From Felis catus (Eukaryota): a DNA stretch of 64,000 nucleotides. Each line of letters starts with the position of its first letter. The stretch's first letter is position 1. The position numbers and the translations under genes were made by a program. The notes beneath the pieces were generated by a model. The model was not told where the DNA came from. It worked only from the letters and a program-made list of their open reading frames with translations, and ran no database searches. Shown here in pieces: positions 12,526 to 22,905 of the stretch. The DNA is taken from NCBI RefSeq assembly GCF_018350175.1, contig NC_058368.1:91824001-91888000 (forward strand), written 5' to 3'.

Positions 12526-13694
12526 GTGAGCCTCTGCATACAGGCCCCGCACATCAGACCTGCTGGGCAAAGAGGGCTGAAACATGTCCGCCTGCCACAC
12601 CTCCCTGCCCTCTGTTCTCTGCCTCTGACCACTGACAGTAGGGGGAGTGTGGGGTGGGGACTGAGGAGGGCAGCCTGACCCCAGAGGCACTAAACCTTTT
12701 CTGGGAGTTGTGCCAACCAGTGTGCAACCCGTAACCCGCGAGCCTCCTCTCTGCTCCCCCCGACCCTGTCAGATTTTGCATGCTGGGACTCTCTCCCCAT
12801 ATTCTCCTTTTTCCGGGAGACTTCTCCAATCTCCACGGCTGCCTCTTCCCTCTCAGGTCGGTGTTGGTTACCTGCCTCGCTTTGGAATGTTTTTACCATT
12901 TGGACCTTGTTGGATTGACCCAAGACTTTTGCATTATTGTGGGTTTTTCTCACCCCTTCCCTCTTTTCTCTCCCCCTGGTTTGTCATCTCCTGAACCCTT
13001 CTGAATGCCAGGTCTGATGGTGGTATTTCCTACTCGATGAGAGACCCACTTGCCAGGGGGTGGGGACAGCAGACTTCAGAGGATCCATGAATACACTGAA
13101 ATTGGACGAGAGTGGGTGGGCACCGATGCATTTTCTAAGGGCTCTGTGGAATCTGCTAATCCCTTGGAGGGTTAACATCGTGGATGTTAGGTAAAGCCCT
13201 TCTCATCTGACCATGCATGCTTCTCCAGTATCTTCCCTGCCCCATCCCAGGGGCCCTTCTTCTGCCACATGCATAGGATCCCTCTCTGTCCCCAGACCCA
13301 TCCTGTCCTCCTCATCAAAGGTACATGCAGTTCCTCCCTATCTGCCTGTCTGCTCTCCCGACATCCCCCAAGGCTGTCACCATGCACAGGATGGAATCTG
13401 CCCACAGATGGTGCCCAGGAACTCTGCAGACCACCATGGAGATGAGGTGGGGTGGAGAAAGGGGCCCAGGGAAGTGAGGTGCTATGATCACAGGACCAGA
13501 GATGGCTGGTGGCCCAGGATGAAGTAAAGGAGAGTCTAAGACAATGGGATTTCTGGCTTCACTGTCACTTGACATAAGCATGTTTCATTAAACCAATGTC
13601 AGGACTGACTGCCCTATGCTTTGGGGCTCATTCTCTGGCAGCTGTGGAGTAACAGTCCTTTGGAGATGGGGGCTGGAATTTTGCCACTTTGTTT

Positions 13695-13716
13695 ATTTTT
13701 AAGTTTATTTATTTAT

Positions 13717-13761
<45 letters not shown>

Positions 13762-13891
13762 CCCAAGCCAACTCTGCGCCATCCACACAGAGCCCGACGC
13801 GGGGCTCGAACCAACCCACGAATCGTGAAATCATGCCCTGAGCCAAAATCAAGAGCCAGCCGCTTAACCGACTGAGCCACCCAGGGACCCC
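13695..13891 (-). mobile_element. CanSINE with long (GA)n
   Basis: TSD GAATTTTGCCA on both sides. Confidence 0.95.
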
Positions 13892-14207
13892 AGAATTTTG
13901 CCATTTTAAATAACACCACAGGGCCATTTCTTCCTCGCCAGAAGCAAGGATGAGGGGCTCCCTTTGCAAGTCTAGGAAGGAAAGGCATCCCCCGCTTGGG
14001 GGAGGCAGTTTGAATCTGACAGATGTGAAACGGCAGCCCATGACAGGATACTGTTTACTCAAATTATGTTAATAGTGGCTCTGCTGTGCTGATACACGGT
14101 CATCCTCCACCACCCACCGCTGACTCAGACCTCTCCCTGCGAACGCGCCAGCATATCAGCCTCATGCAGCTTCCTTCCAGACCCTGTACAACTGGCTGCA
14201 AACTTAC

Positions 14208-14272
14208 CTTCCTGAGCACAGTTTATCCAAATGTGCTTGCCTCGTGGAAGTGGACAGGACATGCCTTCCACA
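14208..14272 (-). other. Candidate 65-nt internal exon
   Basis: Minus strand reads CTGAC branch site, CTCCTTCCTCTCTCCCTCCTCCGCAG| exon AAG|GTAAGT. Confidence 0.35.
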
Positions 14273-14439
14273 CTGCGGAGGAGGGAGAGAGGAAGGAGGT
14301 CAGTGGCAACCCCTTTATACAGATAAACATTCAGCCCTGCTATCTACTCAGTGCGTGGCTTCGGGCAGATCCCACAACCCTTCCATGAGGAAAAATAAAG
14401 CCTCCTTCTCAGAGATGTTGTGAAGACCAAGTTCTCCAC

Positions 14440-15200
14440 AAATGTTTCTTGAGCCTCCCAATACGAGAGGCTGCATAAATCAACACAACAATAAAAATCC
14501 CTGACCTGACCTGAAGGAGCTCGCACTTAGCAGGGAGGCGGACAATAAATAAAGGCTATAATAAATAAATTGCATAGTATTTTATAAGATGACAAGCACT
14601 ACGGAAAAGAGAAAAAGCAGATGAAGTCACTTGGGGGTATGGAATGTGCAGGTGGACGTATTTCATGGGGGACGGGGGAGGTCTGGGAGCCCCACTGGCA
14701 AGAGGTGTTTGAGCCAAGGTTTAAAGTAGGAAAGACAGGGAGTCAAGAGGATTCCTGGGGGAGATGGGGTCCAGGAAGAGGAGAAGACCCTTAGGCAAGC
14801 GTCTGGAGTGAAATAACCTGGAGTGGGATGGGGTGGGGGAGGGGCAGGAAGAGAGGCAGTGTCAGACTTGGGCTTTTGTTGTCTGGGCCAGAAGGGACAT
14901 CATTGTAGGGCTCTGGGAGAAAGACAGAAGTACCAACTTTGGTTCCTAAAGGATCTCCGGGCTGAAGACAGGCTGTAGGGAACGGGTGGAAGCTGGGGAC
15001 ACGTAGCTGGGTTGGAGAATCCAGGGGAGGGGGGACAGGGGTGGTGCAGATGATGAGAAAAGGTCGGGTTCTGGATGCATTTGGAAGGTGGCGGGATAGT
15101 GGGGGTATTTGCTAACAGATTGGCTAAGGGCAGTGAGACACAGAAGCAAGCACTGGGAAGGTCTCCATGCTCTCCTAAGACTAAATGAGGAGCTGTGTGT
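14440..15200 (-). mobile_element. L2 fragment
   Basis: TTCTGGATGCATTTGGAAGGT and other L2-like blocks; boundaries approximate. Confidence 0.65.
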
Positions 15201-15394
15201 AAGCATTCAGTGGGCACATAATCAGTGCTGATGATTTGATTTAACTCGTTGCTTTCCCAAACTTGACTGAGGACCTGTTCTGGGCTGGACCCCGTGGAGC
15301 CAAGAAACAGATCATAACCGCTAACAGGCTTTCCTTTCTTGCCTTCTTCTTCTTTTTTTTTTTTTCCCTGTGGGGGGCAACCAAGTTTTTTAAA

Positions 15395-16360
15395 AGACAG
15401 CTTTATTGAGATATGATTCATATCCCGTATATACAATTTACCCGGTTAAAGTGTACAATTCAGTGGTTTTTAGTGTATTCACACAATTGTGCAACCCTTA
15501 CCACAGCCAATTTGAGAATATTTCATCACCTCTAAAAGAAACCCCATGATCTTTAGCCAACACCCCCTCACCTCCCACCCCTTCCCCCAGCCCCTGGCAA
15601 CTGTTACTCTACCCTCTGTCCGTAGAGATTTCTCTGTTCTGGACGTTAACATGAATGGAAACCCTAGCATGTGGCCTTTTGTGACTGGTGTCTTTCGCTG
15701 AGCGTAATATTTACAAGTTTCGTCCGTGCTGTAGCAAGAATCAATACTTTATTCCTTCTTATGGCTGAATGATACTCCGTTGTATGGATAGACCACATTT
15801 CTTTCTCCATTTGTCCACTGATTGACATTTGCCTATAGTTCGAGACTCGCGAATAATGCTATCACGAACATGCATCTGCAGATTCTTATGTGGCACTGTT
15901 TTTGCTTCTTTCACGCACAAACCTAGGAGTGGAATTGCTGGGTCACATGGTAACTCTGTATTTCGTGGTTTGGGGACCTGCCAGACTGTTTCCCAGAGTG
16001 GCTGGACCATCTTAGGATCCAGCCAGCAGTGGATGCACGTTTCTGATTTCTCCACATGCCGCCAGCACTTGCTGGTTTTTTTTTTTTTTTAGTGTTTATT
16101 TATTTATTTATTTTGAAAGGGGGGGAGGGGCAGAGAGAGAGTGAGAGAGAGAATCCCAAGCAGATTCCCCACTGTCAGTGCAGAGCCCCATTCGGGGCTC
16201 GAACTGATGAACCGTGAGATCATGACCTGAGCTGGAACCAAAAGTCGCCGCTTAACTGACTGAGCCCCCCAGTGCCCCTCCCGCCAGCACTTGCTGTTAT
16301 CTGACTTTGTGGTTCTAACCAGCCCATGGGTGTGAGGTGGTAGCCCATTGTGGTTTCAGT
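15395..16360 (-). mobile_element. L1MB-like 3' end including decayed ORF2 C-terminus, split by a SINE
   Basis: ORF 15759-16055 gives HCWLDPKMVQPLWETVWQ...ELPCDPAIPLLG, the L1 ORF2p C-terminal motif (VQPLWK...LPYDPAIPLLGIY). Confidence 0.92.
16076..16278 (-). mobile_element. CanSINE inserted in L1
   Basis: Perfect TSD CCGCCAGCACTTGCTG. Confidence 0.95.
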
Positions 16361-16409
16361 TCCCAGGTTTTCAGGGCTTGCTGAGGGCGACACGGTCAAC
16401 ACTTTCCCG

Positions 16410-16570
16410 TGCATTCATTCATCCGGGCCTCACAACAGGTCTTCGAGGTAGGTGCCACTCTCCTCCTCATTTTGTAGAGGAGCAAACTGAGGCACGGAGA
16501 TGTCACAGGTGGCAGAGGTGTGATGCAAACCCAGGCGGTCTAGTTCCTGAGCCCACGATTTTGTCCATGC
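16410..16570 (-). mobile_element. MIR
   Basis: CCTCATTTTGTAGAGGAGCAAACTGAGGCACGGAGA core. Confidence 0.7.
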
Positions 16571-16827
16571 TCAAAAACCTTACAGGGTGGGAGACACGCC
16601 CATGAACCGGAGTTCCGCCGGCCATGTGTGGAAAGACCGTGGCAACTCGGGGGTGTCAAGGAAGAAGGGGGAGGCAACAGCCGAACTGGGCCCAGAAGGG
16701 TGAGGAGGAGCATTGTGTCGAGGGGTCAGGTGGATGGAAGGACACTGCCGGGGTGGAAGAGCATGCCGAGGCTGGGCGGAGCAGAGGTCTGGCTCAGGTG
16801 ATCCTAATGGAAACAGCCTGCTCTTAC

Positions 16828-16897
16828 CACCTCCTAAAGTACTTAACCATTCTGTTATCTGCTTCAGCATGGTAATTTGCAATCGAATATTTCATTT
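16828..16897 (-). other. Candidate 70-nt exon (weak)
   Basis: Minus strand reads GGCTTCTATTCAG| ... GTG|GTAAGA. Confidence 0.18.
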
Positions 16898-18151
16898 CTG
16901 AATAGAAGCCAGTAGGTGCTGAGAATTATGCCCTCCAGGGTCCACTTGATTAAAACCAAGTGAACACGCTATTTGAACACCTCCTGGCACATGGACACGC
17001 ATATAACCTATGCAAACTCCTCCATACGTACGTTCCACTCACCTCCCACCCCAATGCACTCCCTGGGGTGAGTGTGGGCGAGGAGGAGAGGATTTGCCCC
17101 AGCCTGAGCAGTGCGTCAGCCCCCAGCCCTGCCGTGCCCCTGCCCAAGTGTGCATGCTCCTCAGGTGCGCTGGAAGGTTAAGCTGGCTGTTCCTCTTTGA
17201 CCCCACGTGGTGCTTTTGGCTCTCACTGCCCAACAGGTACAAGGTGAAAGGCATTTGGGGCGACCGTGCCCGCCCACAGGCTTCCTCCAGCTTGGTCTCC
17301 CCAGACTCAGCAGGTGGCAGCCGTGATGGGAACAGCAGATCTGGTTCTGCTGACCGAGGGCAGAACGGGAGCCTCCGCCTCTGAGAAGCCACCTGTCCCC
17401 CACGTGCTGGTGGTCTTCCACATCATGCCTTCCTCTTGTCCCCTCAACAACTCTGTCCCATTACTACTGTTGCTGTGCCCATTTTACAGCTGAGGATACC
17501 AAGGCTAGGAGAGGCACCACATCCACCAGGGGCTCAAGGGTATAGAGCCAGCTGGTGGGTAGCAGCCCCAGTGCCCAAACCCACATCAGAGGTTTGGCCG
17601 GGGTGGCAGGGGGTGGGGGATGCTGATTCCTTGCTCCCATGTTCTCATCAGTCTTCCTGAGAAATCTGAAACTGTTACTTCTTGCCCCTTTCCATCCCAT
17701 CTCCCCACCAACCCCCCAGCCCGCCCCCCCCCCAGTATTTTACTCTGGTTTTTGGTCCCCCCTTTTACCCTTCGGCATCATTTGCCCTTCCTCCTTCATT
17801 TCCTCTTGGCTGGATATTTCTGTTTAATAAGGCCAGGGCTAACCCCGGCTCCAGAATCCGCAACGAAGCCCTTTGCCTAAAAGCTTTAATGAGAAACAGG
17901 CACGAGGAAATGGCTCTCCTGCCAAGCCTATAAATCATGCCAGGGCTCCCAGCCAAGCCAGGTCTGCATTCGGAGCAAGGAACGTTCAGCCGCACTTCTC
18001 GGCGAGCAACCCCATCTCCCGGTGCCCCCTGACGCTGGCTAAGGCCCACCCCAGCTCTCATGCCCACCTTTACCCTCCTGAGCTGGCCCCCACCCCCAGA
18101 CCATTAGCCTCTGCCCTGCCAATCCCTTTACTTCTCAGAGAGGAACAGAAA

Positions 18152-18290
18152 TCCAGGGCTGTGTGTATAATCGCCTGATTTTTAACTCTGGGCCACTAAT
18201 TCACTTGTTTTAAAAACACTCTGCAGGCCAGACAAAACATGTCTGTGGATCACCTCTGGTCCATGGCTATCCCTGTGCAACCTCTAATCT
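18152..18290. mobile_element. MER45-like hAT fragment
   Basis: AAACACTCTGCAGGCCAGACAAAACATGTCTGTGG...TGCAACCTCT end motif. Confidence 0.6.
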
Positions 18291-18366
18291 AAAAAAATGA
18301 TACTGGGTTTCCTAGTGTAGGGTTGGTCAGGTTTTTTTTTTTTTCCTAAAATCCTTCTCTCTCTCT

Positions 18367-18568
18367 TTTTTTTTTTTGTTTATTTTTGAGAGAGAGAGAG
18401 AGAGAGAAAGCAATCAGGGGAGATGCAGAGAGAGAGGGAGACAGAGGATCCAAAGCAGGCTCGGCGCTGACAGCAGAGAGCCCAATGCAGGTCTTGAACT
18501 CACAGACTGAGAGATCATGACCTGAGCCAAAGTCGGACGCTTAATCGACTGAGCCACCCAGGTGCCCC
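18367..18568 (-). mobile_element. CanSINE
   Basis: TSD TAAAATCCTTCT. Confidence 0.95.
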
Positions 18569-19351
18569 TAAAATCCTTCTTAACCAACCTACTAGAACCT
18601 TCAGAGCCATAGTTCTTTTTAGAGCCCAAGCTGAATCCGAAGGGTTTAACTCTGGTTGCGATAGCTAGAAGATTAATGCTTGGAAACATTTCCACCCTCA
18701 GATTCACAGTTGGGTGCGATGGAACCCCCTCCTGCAGTGTGCAGTGAGGTGGGGTGGGCGCTGGCTTTGTGTAGAGAGGACCAGTAGGGAGATGGGGGCC
18801 CGAAGATGAGAAGAGAGAAAGCCCATTTCCAAGTCAGTAGGAAACCTACCATTCAGGAGGGGACCACGGAATCGGGGCTCTTCGTCTCGAGGCACACGGG
18901 GTGGGAGAGCTGGGGGCTCACAGGTGCCAGGGACTGTCAGCACTGTGCCCCAGAAGGAGGCTTGGGCCCTGGCTGCCCAGTACAGCCTGGCCAGCCAGAG
19001 GTCAGATAGCTCAGCTAAGGGGAGTAAGGACTTTGAGCTGGAGCTGGGCCCCTGGACACCCATCGGAGCAATCACCCGTGGAGCAAAACACACTACCTTG
19101 CCGCTGGCTTTTCTTTCAGCTGCCCACCTTGCTGCGGCATCCCTTCAGAGGAAGATATTAGAGGAAATTGGATCAGTTGTGTGAACGTGAGCCTATCATT
19201 TTGCCCCTCTTGGCCTGCAAACCAGGGATCCTGACACCTATTGTGGTCTAGGGGCTGCTGTCCAGTGACACCACTTGGACCCACATAGGATGAAGAAGCA
19301 CAGATACTTGTGATGGGAGGGTCAGGTTCTGACTTCTCTTTAAAAAAATGT

Positions 19352-19560
19352 CTTTTAATGTTTATTTTTGAGAGAGAGAGACACACACACAGAGTGTGAG
19401 CAGAGGAGGGGCAGAGAGAGAGGGAGACACAGAATCCAAAGCAGGCTCCAGGCTCTGAGCTGTCAGCACAGAGCCTGATGTGGGGCTCGAACTCACGGAC
19501 CGTGAGATCATGATCTGAGCTGAAGTTGGCCACTTAACTGACTGAGCCAGCCAGGTGCCC
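19352..19560 (-). mobile_element. CanSINE
   Basis: TSD AGGTTCTGACTT. Confidence 0.95.
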
Positions 19561-19607
19561 AGGTTCTGACTTTTCTTTAAATCTGCACAGAGCCTTTCCT
19601 CTGACAC

Positions 19608-19945
19608 TTTTTTTTAAGTACCATTTTATTTTATTTATTTTAATTTATTTTTTTAGAGAGATAGCATGCATGTGCAAGCAGGGGAGAGGAGCAGAGAGAG
19701 AAAGAAAGAGAGAGAGAGAATCCCAAGCAGGATCCACTCTCAGTGCAGAGCCCATCGTGGGGCTCTGATCCCACAACCCTGGGACCATGACCAGAGCCAA
19801 AATCAAGAGTCAGATGCTCAGGAGCTCCTGGGTGACTCAGTCAGTTAAGCGTCCAACTCTTGGTTTTGGCTCAGGTCATGATCTCACCGCTTGTGGCATC
19901 AAGCCCCACATCAGGCTCTGAGCTGACAGCTCAGAACCTGCTTGG

Positions 19946-19995
<50 letters not shown>

Positions 19996-20084
19996 TCCTC
20001 CCTGCTCATTCTATCTCTCAAATAAATAAACTTAGAAAAAAAAAAGAGGTGGGTGCTTAGCCGATTAAGCCACCCAGGTGCCCC
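19608..20084. mobile_element. Minus-strand CanSINE with a plus-strand CanSINE (19821-20045) nested inside
   Basis: Outer TSD TTTCCTCTGACA; the host head resumes at ~20046 after the inner tail. Confidence 0.9.
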
Positions 20085-20174
20085 TTTCCTCTGACATTTT
20101 AAGCACAAGGAGAAAAAAGTACACTCAGATTCTTCAGGTCAGCAGCTGGGTTCTTTACATTCCTGCACCGTGTC

Positions 20175-20190
20175 TTTTTTAATGTTTACT

Positions 20191-20243
<53 letters not shown>

Positions 20244-20409
20244 ACAAACAGGGAAGCGGCAGAGAGAGAGGGAGACATAGAATCTGAAGCAGGTCCCAGG
20301 CTCCGAGCTGTCAGCACAGAGCTCGGTGCAGGGCTTGAACCCATGAACTGTGAGATCATGACCTGAGCCGAAGTCGGACGCTGAACCGACTGAGCCACCC
20401 AGGCGCCCC
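20175..20409 (-). mobile_element. CanSINE with long (GA)n
   Basis: Full reverse-complement element. Confidence 0.95.
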
Positions 20410-21210
20410 TTGTAGCAGGTCTTTTGAGCAGATGTTCCTCCGTACCTTTCGTGGTGCCTGTGGCTCTGGCCATCTCTCCAGGGCAGTGCGTTTAAGGGAT
20501 GTCACTTAGGATCCTGCTTGTGGGGATGCTTTGCGTCAGTGTGGTTCTGGGTTGGCTGTGCTTCTCCTGAGGTGCTTGCTGGTTTTTATCCTCCATGTGC
20601 TGCGAATGGTTTCCATGGTTTCATTTGCATGTCAACTTGACTGTATACATTTGGGACCCACATCTAGAAAGGGCATGGGACCTCATGTCTTGCATCCCGA
20701 CGGAGTCATTTATTTTTTGCCTCTTGTTTTTGCCCCACGTTTTCATTCTACCCCATTGAACTAAATATGTTCTTGTAATTTGTCTGAAAGCTTTTCTGGA
20801 CAGTAGAAAAGAAATTGAGATGAGTTTCTCTTCTGATCTGCAATGGGGGTGGCCCTCCCAGTTTCCAGAAGGGCATCACCCTAGCCCAGGGCACTTCCTC
20901 CCTAGTGTCCAGTTGCCCAAGAAGTGAAACCGGGGATCAGGGTGTCCACACAAGGATGAAAGGATTGGGGGGAGGGTTTCCTCTCTCCAGAGGCCAGGGT
21001 GCCAAAGACCCCTAGACCTGCTATTCTCTTGCCCCTGGACAGGACTTCTCTGCCAAGGCAGTTTCTCTGAACCCTGCCAGGATGGGTTCACATGGCTGGC
21101 GCTGTCCCCTTAGTGGATTCAGCCAACCCCCCAAGGCGCAAAGGGTGCCTGACAAACACAGCCCACGTCCTCACCAATGACTTCGTTGGGAAGGTGGATG
21201 CGAGGGGACC

Positions 21211-21443
21211 TTTTTTTTTTTTTTTAAGATTTTTTTTTTTCAACGTTTATTTATTTTTGGGACAGAGAGAGACAGAGCATGAACGGGGGAGGGGCAGAGA
21301 GAGAGGGAGACACAGAATCGGAAACAGGCTCCAGGCTCTGAGCCATCAGCCCAGAGCCTGACGCGGGGCTCGAACTCACGGACCGCGAGATCGTGACCTG
21401 GCTGAAGTCGGACGCTTAACCGACTGCGCCACCCAGGCGCCCC
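21211..21443 (-). mobile_element. Young SINEC_Fc-type element
   Basis: CpGs intact, long T tail, perfect 15-bp TSD GCGAGGGGACCTTTT. Confidence 0.97.
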
Positions 21444-21821
21444 GCGAGGGGACCTTTTAAACCTTGAAGGTCACATGCACGTGAGCAGCTCCTCATTTCG
21501 TCCTCCGGCCCATACCCCTGTACAATCCATGTTACCACTCTGTCTTCTCTCAGGTTGCACCGGTCAGGGTCTGCTGCAGCGAGAAGCAGCTTTTTGTGCT
21601 GGGGATGCTTTTGTCTGCCAGCAGGAATCAGTTAGCAGGCAAGGCCACATCAGGGGAAAGGCATGGTTATGGTCTTACAGCCTGGGAACAATGAGAAGTG
21701 CTGTGTGTCCAAATAAACAGCCATACTCGGCTTGGAGTGATACCAAATGTACGAGGGTGTCCTGGAGAAAAGTCACCGTGAAGCTCGCAGGTGGCTCTGC
21801 TCTGGAAGAATATGGCTTCTG

Positions 21822-22042
21822 GGGGCACCTGGGTGGCTCAGTCAGTGAAGCCACTGACTTCGGCCCAGGTCATGATCTCATAGTACATGAGTTCAAGCCC
21901 CGCATCAGGCTCTGTGCTGACAGCTCAGAGCCTGGAGCCTGCTTCGGATACTGTGTCTCCCTCTCTCTCTGCCCTTCCCCTGCTTGCACTCTGGCTCTCT
22001 CTCTCAAAAACAAATAAAACATTTTTTAAAAATTAAAAAAAA
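21822..22042 (+). mobile_element. CanSINE
   Basis: Full element. Confidence 0.95.
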
Positions 22043-22330
22043 TATATGCCTCCTGGCAGCCCCGTTTGGTCCTAGTGCTTCCCTGCACAAATCCACAGTA
22101 GATCCTCTCTGCCCAGTCCATGGGATTCCCCCTCTTTAAGCGGCTGTCTTGGCCATGTGAACTTTATTCCCATGCTTTTCACACATGGAAAGTTCTAGAC
22201 AAAAATGAGTCGATCCAGGCTTACTTGTTTCCATATCTTGTCTCAGACTGTCCTCTATCTCAGACTTGCCTAAGCTTTTCTCACCCTTAAGGCCCTGTTC
22301 AAATACTGCCTCCCTGATAAAACCTTTCCT

Positions 22331-22502
22331 GGGGCACCTGGGTGGTTCAGTCAGTTAAGCATCCGACTCTTGATTTTGGCTCAGGTCATGATCTCATGGT
22401 TTGTGAGTTTGAGCCCTGTTATTGGGCTCTGTGCTGACAGCTCAGAGCCTACTTGGGATTGTCTCCCTCACTCTCTCTCTCTGCCCCTCCCCTGCACATG
22501 CG

Positions 22503-22542
<40 letters not shown>

Positions 22543-22557
22543 TAAACTTTAAAAAAA
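22331..22557 (+). mobile_element. CanSINE within an L2-like fragment
   Basis: TSD AAAACCTTTCCTG. Confidence 0.95.
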
Positions 22558-22825
22558 CCTTTCCTGATCCCTTATATGCAAAAACGTATGCCCCTGACCC
22601 ATGAATTTCCGTAGCACATTGTGGCACCTCCCTTAGGGCATTTCTTCTGGTGCATGGCCAGACTGAGTGCATGACTGGTGCATGGCCCACCTGGCCTGAC
22701 TGAGAGCTCCTCAGGGACAGCACCTGGATCTCGTCCCTCTGTATTCAGTCGAGCTATAGTACTCACCCGGAGGGTAGTGGAGGTACCCCCAGGAAGTCTG
22801 GACCAGTGTGCAACTATATTCTTAC

Positions 22826-22905
22826 CTTCTGGTGCCCCAGGACGGTTTCTTCGCTGAGAAGCAAGAAGTCCCCAAAGTGGGAAGAGGGCACATTTGGCTG
22901 GTGCA
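22826..22905 (-). other. Candidate 80-nt internal exon
   Basis: Minus strand reads ATGACTGTGTCTTTTCTTTCTAG| exon AAG|GTAAGA; all three frames open. Confidence 0.3.

Noticed and set aside
15759..16055. ORF resembling a real protein domain
   Set aside because: Decayed L1 ORF2 C-terminus within a truncated old L1; not functional
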